IMG/VR virus record: IMGVR_UViG_3300045988_098207
DNA length: 47,994 nucleotides
Direction: 5' to 3' (one strand)
Source of the DNA: a virus
Shown: one piece after another, positions 14,755-23,788 of the stretch
How positions within the stretch are numbered: position 1 is the stretch's first letter
Layout of the letters: every line of letters begins with the position of its first letter
Notes under the pieces: generated by a model
What the model saw: only the letters and a program-made list of their open reading frames with translations
Database searches by the model: none
Told to the model about the DNA's origin: nothing
Translations under genes and position numbers: made by a program

Positions 14755-16128
14755 ATGATACAGTTACGTTCAAATCAGGTTGAGCCGATAGAAAAGGCTA
14801 TCAGTTTCTTTCAAGAGAAGAAGCCGAAGCCCTCTTTGATTGTTCTCCCGACAGCATGGGGAAAATCAATTCTGACAGCCTTTGTCGCGAAGAACACGAA
14901 CGATAAAATGATTGTTCTTCAACCCTCAAAAGAGTTGTTGGAACAGAACTATTTGAAGTATGTGAACCTCTGTGACGGGTTCGCAAATGCGGGTATATAC
15001 AGCGCAAGTTTCGGGAGCAAGGAAATCGCTCAGATAACCTACGCCACGATAGGTTCAATCAAGACGCTCGGGGCGAAGTTCAAGGCTCTCGGCTTCACAA
15101 AAATGCTGATAGACGAGGCACACCTCTTCCCCCGTGAGGCTGACAGCATGCTCGGCACGTTTCTCAAAGAGAGCGGCATCACTCACGTTCTCGGCATAAC
15201 GGCGACACCTGTCAAGCTGCAGACGGGCAGAGACCAATTCGGACAGAATTATTCAAAGCTCGTCATGCTGACATCAAGAAGCAAAAAGGGAAATTTCTTC
15301 AAAGACATTATTCATGTCGGTCAGGTCTCAGAAATGGTGCGCCTCGGCTTTTGGTCTCCCCTGACTTATGAGGCTTCACAGTTTGACAATAGCCAACTTG
15401 TCTTCAACAGTTCAAAAAGCGAGTACACGGAGGACAGCGTTCAAAGGGCTTTTGAAGAGAACGGCGGCACACAGACGATTGTCAACGCTCTTGACGCTCA
15501 CCCTGAACGGCAGCACATTCTCGCCTTTGCCCCCTCAGTTCAGGACGCTATCAGCCTCTCAGAGCGTTATCCGAACTCGGCTGTCATATACGGCGATATG
15601 GATAAGCGTGAGAGGGCTTCAATCATTGAGCGTTTCAGAAAGGGCGAAATACGGGTCATATTTAACGTAAGAGTGCTTTCAACGGGCTTTGACTATACAG
15701 GTATCGATTGCATTGTTTTAGGCGTTTCTACGGCTTCTATCGCCCTCTATTATCAAATCATCGGACGAGCCACCCGTATTGACCCTCAGAAGAAAGACGC
15801 TCTGATAGTTGACCTCGGCGGCAACGTTCAGCGTTTCGGGCGTGTTGAAGACCTGACCTTTGAGAAAGGCAGAATGTGGCGTTTGTTCGGTTCAGGCGGG
15901 CGGCTGCTCTCAGGCATACCAATCGCAGACATCGGTCAGTACACCCGTGAGGACACTCAGGCTATTGACGCTCAGGCGGCGCAGCCTATTCAGGTTATGC
16001 CTTTCGGCAAATATAAGGGGGAAAAGATAAGCAACATACCTCTTGACTACCGCAAATGGATGATACGGGCTTTTGAGTGGAACAGCCGAAACGTGAAACT
16101 GAAAAAATCAATCATGGCAACCCTTTAA
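14755..16128 (+). CDS. Superfamily-2 DEAD/DEAH-box helicase
   Basis: Motif I LPTAWGKS, motif II LIDEAH, motif III TATP, motif VI QIIGRATR. C-terminal MPFGKYKGEKISNIPLDYRKWM module. ATG 14755 preferred over 14662. Confidence 0.85.
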   Translation: MIQLRSNQVEPIEKAISFFQEKKPKPSLIVLPTAWGKSILTAFVAKNTNDKMIVLQPSKELLEQNYLKYVNLCDGFANAGIYSASFGSKEIAQITYATIGSIKTLGAKFKALGFTKMLIDEAHLFPREADSMLGTFLKESGITHVLGITATPVKLQTGRDQFGQNYSKLVMLTSRSKKGNFFKDIIHVGQVSEMVRLGFWSPLTYEASQFDNSQLVFNSSKSEYTEDSVQRAFEENGGTQTIVNALDAHPERQHILAFAPSVQDAISLSERYPNSAVIYGDMDKRERASIIERFRKGEIRVIFNVRVLSTGFDYTGIDCIVLGVSTASIALYYQIIGRATRIDPQKKDALIVDLGGNVQRFGRVEDLTFEKGRMWRLFGSGGRLLSGIPIADIGQYTREDTQAIDAQAAQPIQVMPFGKYKGEKISNIPLDYRKWMIRAFEWNSRNVKLKKSIMATL

Positions 16129-16141
16129 TCAAGACAACATT

Positions 16142-17128
16142 ATGGCAAGACCAAAACGAACGACAGTTGATTATTACCCGCATTATGTGAAATGCGGGCG
16201 CACGATCTACATTCTTGAAGCCCGCTTCGGGAATGACGGTTATGCTTTTTGGTTCAAGGTTCTTGAAGTTCTCGGGGAGAGCGAGGGGCATTTCTATGAC
16301 TGTTCTGTTTCTTCAAATTGGGAGTATCTTCTTGCAAAGACACGGGTCAACGCTCAGACGGCGACAGAAATAATCGGGGTTCTTATCAACCTCGGGAAAA
16401 TTGATGCAGAGCTATGGGAAAAGAACCGTGTTATTTGGATAGAGAATTTTGTCAACAACCTCACAGAGGTTTACAGAACCCGCCGAACGGAATTGCCTCA
16501 AAAGCCTGTTTTCAAAGAAGAAAAACAACAGCCTGAAAAGGTTATCTCCGAGAAAACCCCTGATAAAGAGCCGTTAAAAGAGATAAAACCCGCCAAAGGA
16601 GAGAAGAGTAAAGGAGAGGAGAGCAAAGAGAAATATCCTTATCAGGATATAGTCGCCATGTGGAACTCTGTCTGTCTCTCATGCCCAAAGGTTCTCAAAG
16701 TCACAGAGGCGAGAAAACAGAAAATGAAGACCCGCTTTCAAGAGTTCGGCGTGAAGCGTGAAGAACTGACAGATTACGTGATGCGCCTTTTTCAGCGTGT
16801 TCAGGCTTCTGACTTTCTCACGGGGCGCAGCACTGACAAAATGGGTTGGGTTGCAAATTTTGATTGGGTCTTTGAGAATGAGAAAAACTGGGTCAAGGTC
16901 TCTGAGGGCAACTACGACAACAAGAGGGGCGGCGGCTCAAACACGGCACAGAAGCCCGTACAAGCCGCTGACGGCTCTCAGGTTCAGTTGGGCGTTGGAG
17001 AATACATAGACGGCTCAGGGCGGCGTACATACGGCACGGGGCGGGCTAATATCCCAATGACGGCAGCACCCCGCCCGTCTGAGCGTTATTCATGGGACGC
17101 TGCTTCACATACATGGATTTTGCAATGA
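16142..17128 (+). CDS. Replication initiation / DnaD-like protein (DUF4373-type N-terminus)
   Basis: ..DYYPHYVKCGRTIYILEARFGNDGYAFWFKVLEVLGESEGHFYD.. Position between the helicase and primase genes. Confidence 0.55.
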   Translation: MARPKRTTVDYYPHYVKCGRTIYILEARFGNDGYAFWFKVLEVLGESEGHFYDCSVSSNWEYLLAKTRVNAQTATEIIGVLINLGKIDAELWEKNRVIWIENFVNNLTEVYRTRRTELPQKPVFKEEKQQPEKVISEKTPDKEPLKEIKPAKGEKSKGEESKEKYPYQDIVAMWNSVCLSCPKVLKVTEARKQKMKTRFQEFGVKREELTDYVMRLFQRVQASDFLTGRSTDKMGWVANFDWVFENEKNWVKVSEGNYDNKRGGGSNTAQKPVQAADGSQVQLGVGEYIDGSGRRTYGTGRANIPMTAAPRPSERYSWDAASHTWILQ

Positions 17129-17301
17129 AACAGAAGAAAACGGACATCAGCCTTGAAGAAAAGGCGGGCAAACGGTCTCAGCCGTTCTTGCTCAAAGTGT
17201 AATCATTTCCCCTGTTCAGAAGTCTTTTCAAGGCTCTGCAGCGAGGCTTTTATTGAGGGCTTCAAAAAGGGTTATCAAAAACACAGAAAGGAATTATCAA
17301 A

Positions 17302-19116
17302 ATGAAAAGTTATTCAGACTTCGGCATAAATATCCCCTACGGGCGCACATCGGGAAAGGTCAAGACCTATTGCCCGAAATGTCACGACCAAAGGCATGAC
17401 AGACGCGACAAAAGTCTTTCTGTTGACCTTGACAAAGGTCTTTGGAATTGTCATTATTGCGGTTGGGGCGGGTCTCTTGAAACAAAAGAGCCTTGGGAGC
17501 GTGAAGAACGCCCGTGGCACAACTACGCTCCGATAAAGCGTCAGAAGTCTGTCTACAAGAAGCCCCCTCAGCACGCTTTGACGGCTGTCAGCGAGAGAGC
17601 CTTGAAGTGGTTTGAGGGAAGAGGAATAAGCGCAGCGACCCTGAACGCTCTGAAAGTCTCAGAGGGCATGGAATGGATGCCGCAGAACAACGCTCAGTCG
17701 AACACGGTTCAGTTTAACTACTTCCTGAACGGTCAGCTCGTCAACACAAAATACCGCACGGGCGACAAGAAGTTCAAGCTCGTTTCAGGGGCGCAGCTTA
17801 TCCCGTACAACATTGATGCGATCAAGGGTCAGAAAGAGTGTATCGTGACAGAGGGCGAAATGGACGCTCTCTCATTCTACGAGATTGGCTTTCATAACGT
17901 TGTCAGCGTCCCGAACGGGGCTAACGCAAACCTTGAATACCTTGACGATTTCATCGAAGAGTATTTTGACGACAAAGAGACAATCTACATAGCCTCTGAC
18001 ACAGACACAAAGGGCGTTCTCCTGAAAGACGAGCTTTTGAGACGCTTCGGGGCTGAACGCTGCCGCATACTTGACTACGGTCAGGACTGCAAAGACGCTA
18101 ACGAGGTCTTGATGAAATACGGGGCGGCGGCTCTGAAAAAATGTCTGTCAGAAGCTCCCGAGGTCAAGTTGGAGGGGGTCTTCACGGTCTCTGACTTCGA
18201 ATCGAACCTTGACGCTCTCTTTGAACACGGTATGCAGAAAGGCGCAACGATAGGGCTTGAAAACCTTGACCGCCTTATTTCATTTGAGACGAAACGCATC
18301 TGTGTCGTGACGGGTATTCCTGGCTCGGGTAAGTCTGAGTTCATTGACCAAATCGCCGAGAGGCTCAACATGCGCTACGGGTGGAAATTCGCGTATTTCA
18401 GCCCTGAGAACGCTCCGCTCGAATACCATGCTTCAAAACTGATTGAGAAGTTCACGGGGCAGCACTTTGACCGTCAACACCTGACGCTCCCCGCTTACCG
18501 TCAGATAAAAGAATATCTGAACACGAACTTTTTCTTTATCAGCCCAAAGGAAGATTACAGGCTCGACACAATTCTTGAAAAAGCCCGCTTTCTTGTCAGA
18601 CGGCGTGGCATAAAATGTCTTGTCATTGACCCGTACAACCGCTTGGAGGACGAGAGTGACGGACACAACGAAACAAAGTATATTTCAAAGCAGCTTGACC
18701 GTCTGACGAACTTTGCACAGCGCAATGACGTTATGGTCATTCTCATGGCGCACCCGACAAAACAGTCAAAGAACAAAGACGGGGTTATCGAAGCCCCCAC
18801 CCTTTATGACATCAGCGGCTCGGCGCACTTTTATAACAAAACAGACTTCGGTATTGTCGTTCACAGAAACAGAATTGACAACACGGTGGAGGTTCACGTT
18901 CAAAAGGTGAAATTCAGGCACCTCGGAGAGTGCGGAACGGCTCTCTTCAAATACAACCTGAACAACGGGCGTTACAGCCCATATACGGCGGGGGTTGAAC
19001 CCGTATGGGACAACTCAAACCATCTTCAAGAGGAAATGAACAGACGGGCGAAAGAGGCGGAGGAGGCTGCGGTCTTTGACTTCACGGCTCAACCGCTTGA
19101 CGATTGCCCGTTCTGA
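17302..19116 (+). CDS. Bifunctional DNA primase / DnaB-like replicative helicase
   Basis: Zinc finger CPKCHD..CHYCGWGG, Toprim ..CIVTEGEMDALSF.., Walker A VVTGIPGSGKSEF, Walker B CLVIDPYN. Ends ..PLDDCPF. Confidence 0.85.
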   Translation: MKSYSDFGINIPYGRTSGKVKTYCPKCHDQRHDRRDKSLSVDLDKGLWNCHYCGWGGSLETKEPWEREERPWHNYAPIKRQKSVYKKPPQHALTAVSERALKWFEGRGISAATLNALKVSEGMEWMPQNNAQSNTVQFNYFLNGQLVNTKYRTGDKKFKLVSGAQLIPYNIDAIKGQKECIVTEGEMDALSFYEIGFHNVVSVPNGANANLEYLDDFIEEYFDDKETIYIASDTDTKGVLLKDELLRRFGAERCRILDYGQDCKDANEVLMKYGAAALKKCLSEAPEVKLEGVFTVSDFESNLDALFEHGMQKGATIGLENLDRLISFETKRICVVTGIPGSGKSEFIDQIAERLNMRYGWKFAYFSPENAPLEYHASKLIEKFTGQHFDRQHLTLPAYRQIKEYLNTNFFFISPKEDYRLDTILEKARFLVRRRGIKCLVIDPYNRLEDESDGHNETKYISKQLDRLTNFAQRNDVMVILMAHPTKQSKNKDGVIEAPTLYDISGSAHFYNKTDFGIVVHRNRIDNTVEVHVQKVKFRHLGECGTALFKYNLNNGRYSPYTAGVEPVWDNSNHLQEEMNRRAKEAEEAAVFDFTAQPLDDCPF

Positions 19117-19150
19117 CGAGATATAAGTTTAACCAAAACAGACAGACAAA

Positions 19151-19702
19151 ATGGAAAGTAAAAAAGAATTTGACAGCCTGAAAGACAAACTGAAAAAGTT
19201 AAAGGCTCTCGCAGAAAGAGGCTGCGGAGGAGAGGCAGAAAACGCACAGAGGCTCTTAGAGCGTCTCTGTGCCGCTAACGGCATTGACTTGGAATTACTT
19301 AACGATGAAGAAAAGAAAAGCCGTTATACGTTCAATATCGGGCGTAATCGGGTCTTTATAACTCTGTTCACGCAATGTTACTGCAAGGTCACAGATAGCT
19401 CGAAAATGAGTTACAGACAAGAATCCCGCTCTGAAATCTCTCTTGAACTCACTCAGGTTGACTATGCAGAATTGAAAGGGCTGTATGAATGGCATAAGGC
19501 AAATTTTGAAAAAGAACTTGAAGACATCAAAAAGACAATTATTCATGCTTATTGCCAAAAGCACAGACTTTATCCTGAAAGCCCCTCTGAGACCTCAAAC
19601 GACAAGCCCCTGACAGAAGAGGATTTGGAAATGCTCAGAAAGGTTATGAAAATGGAGGGGCTTCTTAACGACAAGACTTATCAACACTTAATCGAAGAAT
19701 GA
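19151..19702 (+). CDS. Hypothetical protein, DUF2786-like N-terminus (183 aa)
   Basis: ..KLKKLKALAERGCGGEAENAQRLLERLCAANGIDL.. Confidence 0.4.
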   Translation: MESKKEFDSLKDKLKKLKALAERGCGGEAENAQRLLERLCAANGIDLELLNDEEKKSRYTFNIGRNRVFITLFTQCYCKVTDSSKMSYRQESRSEISLELTQVDYAELKGLYEWHKANFEKELEDIKKTIIHAYCQKHRLYPESPSETSNDKPLTEEDLEMLRKVMKMEGLLNDKTYQHLIEE

Positions 19703-19740
19703 TATGGAAAGAAATAAGTTTAACCAAATAAACAGACAAA

Positions 19741-20262
19741 ATGAAAACATTTGTGATTACACTATCAAAGACGTTCCCGAGAACGCACATTCATTCAGGG
19801 CGTGAGACTAATTTCGCTCATCTACTCGGCAACGGGTTGAACCTGACAGAAGACGGCTTGAAAATTTGCCGTCACAAAATTCACACGGTCAGGACAAACC
19901 TCCCATTATGGGAGAAACGAATTTCTGAAATACAGAGCGGGCAAGCGGTTCTCTCAATCAGAGAATGGACGGGCAGACCATACGGAAGCCCTCAGAAAGA
20001 ACTCGCACGACTCACAGGTTCTGACGGCGTTGGGGTTCAGGCTCTTAAACTTAAAGACCTTTTCTGTTCGACAGTTATTGACGGAGAAAAGGTTGAATTG
20101 CCCGATTTAGCGGCGCATGACGGGCTTTCGTTCTCAGATTGGTATGATTGGTTCAGAAAGGTTGATTTAAGACAGCCAATGGCAATTATTCACTTTACAA
20201 AATTCAGATATGGAAAGACAAGTGACAGTAGAAGAAGTGAGAAGTTTCCTCTCGGCTTCTGA
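19741..20262 (+). CDS. Hypothetical protein (173 aa)
   Basis: ORF with a translation-initiation region nearly identical to that of 19151 (ataagtttaaccaaa..acagacaaaATG). Confidence 0.5.
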   Translation: MKTFVITLSKTFPRTHIHSGRETNFAHLLGNGLNLTEDGLKICRHKIHTVRTNLPLWEKRISEIQSGQAVLSIREWTGRPYGSPQKELARLTGSDGVGVQALKLKDLFCSTVIDGEKVELPDLAAHDGLSFSDWYDWFRKVDLRQPMAIIHFTKFRYGKTSDSRRSEKFPLGF

Positions 20263-20407
20263 CAGACAATTTGTGAAAAGCGGCATCAGAGTTTCCCGTG
20301 TCCGCTTCAAACGTGATGAAGAGGGCAACTGCACGGACATTCTCCTTGACTACGAACAGACAGTTTCAGAAACAGGGGAAAATAACGCTCAGGAGGGTTC
20401 AAAATGA
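20210..20407 (+). CDS. Hypothetical protein (65 aa)
   Basis: ATG ORF overlapping the upstream gene by 53 nt. Coding assignment for 20298-20586 remains ambiguous. Confidence 0.35.
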   Translation: MERQVTVEEVRSFLSASDRQFVKSGIRVSRVRFKRDEEGNCTDILLDYEQTVSETGENNAQEGSK

Positions 20408-20586
20408 CAAAACACAGACTGACCCCGCAGACACGGAAAAAAGCCCCGCAAAGGGTCTCGAACCCTCAGACAAGGGCAAGGGACAACCCTCAGGGAAAAA
20501 GACAGAGAGAAGAGAGAAAACCGTGAACGCAAATGTTCTGAACTTTCTACCGAAATCGGAAGTTAAACCATAAAAATAAAAAGAAA

Positions 20587-20955
20587 ATGGAAATTATCAG
20601 CAAAATGACAATCAACGGAAAGACCCGTGTCAACGGTCGCTATGTGAACCTGACAGGGCAGAATATAACAATAACAGACGGAGGCATATTCGTGAACGGC
20701 AAGCCGCTTGAAGAGTTTGACGAGAGCCAAGTGCCTGTTCTGAGAATTGAGATAACGGGCAACGTTGAGAGCCTGACAACAGAGAACGGCGAGGTTACCG
20801 TGAACGGGCGTGTTGGCACAGTTGTCTCAAAGAACGGCAATGTCAACTGTCAGACGGTTGAGGGCAACGTGGAGAGCAAGAACGGCAATGTCATGTGCGG
20901 CAAAATCATGGGAGACTGTGACACAAAGAACGGCAACATCATGCGTGGCTATTAA
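20587..20955 (+). CDS. Repeat protein with a bactofilin-like beta-helical pattern (122 aa)
   Basis: Recurrent ..NG.V..G.. units, including SKNGNVNC / SKNGNVMC / TKNGNIMRG. Confidence 0.45.
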   Translation: MEIISKMTINGKTRVNGRYVNLTGQNITITDGGIFVNGKPLEEFDESQVPVLRIEITGNVESLTTENGEVTVNGRVGTVVSKNGNVNCQTVEGNVESKNGNVMCGKIMGDCDTKNGNIMRGY

Positions 20956-20990
20956 ATCATCATTCAATAACATTTCAAAACAGAAAGAAA

Positions 20991-21356
20991 ATGGGAAATT
21001 ACAGCATTAAGGCAAACCTCCTGAAAATAAAGGGGGCTTTTGTGACAAACCTCAAAGGCAAGACAGCCACAAGGCGTTGCCTCGTTATTGACATTGACGA
21101 GAGCGGAATGTTCCTCGGCGAGAAAGGTTGTTACCTGAACATGGCGGCGATAGAAATGAATGAGAGCCGCTACGGGGACACTCACGTTGTCAAGGTCTCA
21201 CTCGCCAAGGAGGTTGTTGAGAAAATGACAGAAGAAGAGCGCAAGGCAATCCCTATCCTCGGCGGCATGCACCCGCTTCAATCTCAGGCGCAGCAAATTC
21301 AGGGTCAGTTGGACGGGGCTTCTGTATGTGAGAATATGGACGATCTGCCGTTCTGA
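20991..21356 (+). CDS. SSB-like protein candidate with a bacterial-SSB-type acidic tip (..ENMDDLPF)
   Basis: 121 aa in the replication module. The C-terminus DDLPF equals the canonical SSB C-terminal peptide. The fold is not verifiable by eye. Confidence 0.45.
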   Translation: MGNYSIKANLLKIKGAFVTNLKGKTATRRCLVIDIDESGMFLGEKGCYLNMAAIEMNESRYGDTHVVKVSLAKEVVEKMTEEERKAIPILGGMHPLQSQAQQIQGQLDGASVCENMDDLPF

Positions 21357-21406
21357 TAATCATCAGGCGGGCGCAGCCTCTTCTGAGACTGACAGAATTT
21401 CAAGGG

Positions 21407-21431
21407 CGGGGAGTTAAATCCCCGTTCTTTT
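21407..21431 (+). terminator. Rho-independent terminator after the early/replication block
   Basis: cgggga-gttaaa-tccccg stem-loop followed by ttctttt. Confidence 0.6.
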
Positions 21432-21441
21432 GTCCCAAAAG

Positions 21442-21539
21442 CCGATTGCGCCCCCACAAAAGACTTTCCAATGACGAGTGATAAATTACAGCAATCAACA
21501 AAGAAAAGCCGACAGCGGTCAAATTCGCCAAAATTAACT
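21442..21539 (+). promoter_or_regulatory. Intergenic repeat element, partial copy (short 5' box ccgattgcg plus 3' box)
   Basis: 3' box aagccgacagcggtcaaattcgccaaaattaact ends 3 nt before GTG 21543. Confidence 0.5.
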
Positions 21540-21542
21540 GAC

Positions 21543-21857
21543 GTGTTCACGACCATTTGTAAGACCGACCTCCATGTTGTGTGTGTTAAAGAGTTCAAGT
21601 TCCACCCCGTCAGGAAATGGCGTTTTGATTATGCCATACCTGACCACAAAATCGCCCTTGAAGTTGAGGGCGGCGTATGGACGGGCGGGCGGCACACCTC
21701 TTCTGTCGGCTTTATGAAAGACATGGAGAAATACAATACGGCTACCCTCATGGGGTGGCGGGTGTTCAGAACAACGCCTGACGAGCTGTACCGCTTGAAG
21801 ACCCTGAACTTGCTCAAAACGGCAATTTCAGGCGTTTTTGACCCCGAAAAGGCTTGA
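21543..21857 (+). CDS. PD-(D/E)XK endonuclease (Vsr/DUF559-like); start uncertain (GTG 21543 or ATG 21471)
   Basis: ..RFDYAIPDHKIALEVEGGVWTGGRHTSSVGFMKDMEKYNTATLMGWRVFRTTPDEL.. The upstream part of the track ORF overlaps the conserved repeat element. Confidence 0.55.
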   Translation: MFTTICKTDLHVVCVKEFKFHPVRKWRFDYAIPDHKIALEVEGGVWTGGRHTSSVGFMKDMEKYNTATLMGWRVFRTTPDELYRLKTLNLLKTAISGVFDPEKA

Positions 21858-21895
21858 TTTTGGGCTTTATGTGATTATATTGTAATCATTTTGAG

Positions 21896-21903
21896 TATTT
21901 TTG
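21896..21903 (+). promoter_or_regulatory. -7 promoter box TAttTTTG upstream of the ParB-methyltransferase gene
   Basis: Exact TAnnTTTG match, preceded by tgtaatcattttgag (shared with 33810-33824). Confidence 0.45.
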
Positions 21904-21941
21904 CAAACGGATAAGGTATAATAATTCAAACAGATAAAGAC

Positions 21942-23498
21942 ATGAAAACAGAAACTGTAAAACTTTCTCAGGTTCAAGTGAATGAGGCGAACCCGAGAAC
22001 AATCACAAATGAGAAGTTTCAGAAACTTGTCAACAGCGTTCTTGCACTCCCGAAAATGCTTGAACTCAGACCGATTGTCGTTGACAACATGATGGTTGCC
22101 CTCGGCGGCAATATGCGTTTCAGGGCTTTGACCGCCATTTCTGACCTCTCAGAAGACGAACTGAAAAGCCGCCTTTTCTCTATCAATGACGTGAAGAAGA
22201 AGACAGAGGGCGAGCAGCAAGCCCTCCTGACACATTGGCTGCGTTGGCGTGACAGCCCGACCGCAATCATCATCAAGGCTTCGGAGCTGTCAGACGCAGA
22301 GCAGCGTGAGTTCATCATCAAGGACAACATCGGCTACGGAGAATGGGACACGGACAGCCTGACCGCACAATGGGACAATGAAGAGTTGGTGGATTGGGGC
22401 ATTGAGTTCCCTGACGCTGAAAACGCCCTGAACGCTCAGAACGGAAGCGGCTCAGGTTCAGAGAAGCAGAACAGCGCACCCGAAAGCAGCCTCTTTGACC
22501 GCTTCATCGTACCGCCTTTTTCAATTCTTGATACCCGCAAGGGATATTGGCAAGACAGAAAGAAGAAGTGGTATGACCTCATCGGCGATATGGGCGAGAG
22601 CCGTAACGACACCCTTGTCACGTCTCTTGAAATCAAATACAAAGACCTCTATCAAAGAACCCGTGAACACAGAAAAGAACTCGGCATTTCTTTCAAAGAG
22701 TACATCGACAAGTACGTCAGCCAAGAAGACCTTGAAAAAGAACAGGCGAAAATCGTTGCTCAGGGCGTTTCAATTCTTGACCCAGTTATGGCTGAAATCG
22801 TCTGCCGTTGGTTCGGTCAGGAGAACGGCAAAGCCTTTGACTGTTTTGCGGGCGATAGCGTCTTCGGCTTTGTGGCAGCTTATCTCGGCAATGACTTCAC
22901 GGGCGTTGAACTGAGAGAGAAACAGGCGGCTTTGAACAACGAGCGTGTGGAGGGCATGAACGCCCGCTATATCTGCGATGACGGTCAGAACGTGGCGCAG
23001 CACATTGAGCCTGAAAGCCAAGACCTCCTGTTTTCTTGCCCGCCGTACTTTGACCTTGAAAAGTATTCAGACCTTCCGAATGATGCATCAAATCAGGGGT
23101 CATACGAGGATTTCATCAAGATTTTGGAGAACGCTTTCACGGGGGCTGTTTCTTGTCTGAAAGAAAACCGCTTCGCCGCTATCTGTGTCGGAGACGTGAG
23201 AGACAAGAACACGGGCTTTTATTATGACTTCTGTGGCGACATTAAGCGCATATTCAAGCAGAACGGAATGCGCCTTTATAATGAGATTATCTTGGTCGAA
23301 CAGACCGCTTCAACGGCTCTGAGGGCTTCACGTTACATGGATAGCCGCAAGGTTGCCAAGACGCATCAGCACCTCTTGGTCTTCTTCAAGGGCGACCCAA
23401 AGAAAATCAAGAAAGAGTTCCCAAAGATTGAGTACACGGAAGAAGACCTGTCAAAGACCGATTCAGGAGAGACGGGTTCAGAGAGTGAAACAGAGTAA
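21942..23498 (+). CDS. ParB-like nuclease domain fused to an N6-adenine/N4-cytosine-type DNA methyltransferase
   Basis: N-terminal ParB/Srx-like region (..VNEANPRTITNEKFQKLVNSV..LGGNMRFRAL..). Methyltransferase motif I FDCFAGDSVFG and motif IV LLFSCPPYF. Confidence 0.8.
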   Translation: MKTETVKLSQVQVNEANPRTITNEKFQKLVNSVLALPKMLELRPIVVDNMMVALGGNMRFRALTAISDLSEDELKSRLFSINDVKKKTEGEQQALLTHWLRWRDSPTAIIIKASELSDAEQREFIIKDNIGYGEWDTDSLTAQWDNEELVDWGIEFPDAENALNAQNGSGSGSEKQNSAPESSLFDRFIVPPFSILDTRKGYWQDRKKKWYDLIGDMGESRNDTLVTSLEIKYKDLYQRTREHRKELGISFKEYIDKYVSQEDLEKEQAKIVAQGVSILDPVMAEIVCRWFGQENGKAFDCFAGDSVFGFVAAYLGNDFTGVELREKQAALNNERVEGMNARYICDDGQNVAQHIEPESQDLLFSCPPYFDLEKYSDLPNDASNQGSYEDFIKILENAFTGAVSCLKENRFAAICVGDVRDKNTGFYYDFCGDIKRIFKQNGMRLYNEIILVEQTASTALRASRYMDSRKVAKTHQHLLVFFKGDPKKIKKEFPKIEYTEEDLSKTDSGETGSESETE

Positions 23499-23509
23499 AC
23501 AGAAACGCC

Positions 23510-23788
23510 ATGCAAGCAAAGATTTGGAATTTCTCTCAGTGGATAAAAGAGACAGACCCGAAGCGTCTCAGGGACATTTTCGATGAAGCCCTGAAAAAGT
23601 CAGGTTTCAACGTTCTCTGCTTCACTGACCACCATTTTCAGCCTCAGGGTTACACCGCCCTGTGGCTTCTGACAGAAAGCCATTTCGCCGTTCACACTTT
23701 CCCTGAGTTTGAAAAGTCGTATATCGAGCTTTCAAGTTGTAACTTGGAATTTTATCAAGAATTCCTGAAACTGACAAAAGAACTATGA
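23510..23788 (+). CDS. S-adenosylmethionine decarboxylase-like protein (pyruvoyl AdoMetDC fold, 92 aa)
   Basis: ..HHFQPQGYTALWLLTESHFAVHTFPEFEKSYIELSSCN.. matches the bacterial SpeD/SpeH core (..[31 protein letters not shown]..) including the E-S self-cleavage site. Confidence 0.7.
   Translation: MQAKIWNFSQWIKETDPKRLRDIFDEALKKSGFNVLCFTDHHFQPQGYTALWLLTESHFAVHTFPEFEKSYIELSSCNLEFYQEFLKLTKEL

Noticed and set aside
15518-15530. 13-nt exact match (ttctcgcctttgc) to the invariant 3' end of the VR-like repeats, considered as a possible template repeat
   Set aside because: No similarity on either side. It lies inside a conserved helicase coding region (..ILAFAPSVQ..). Single 13-mer coincidences are expected many times in a 48-kb genome when all pairs are considered.
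20298-20573. 91-aa ORF (and an alternative 40-codon ORF at 20404-20526) in the gap before 20587
   Set aside because: Two overlapping low-complexity basic ORFs in different frames. Neither has distinguishing features, so the coding assignment is left open rather than reported as a gene.
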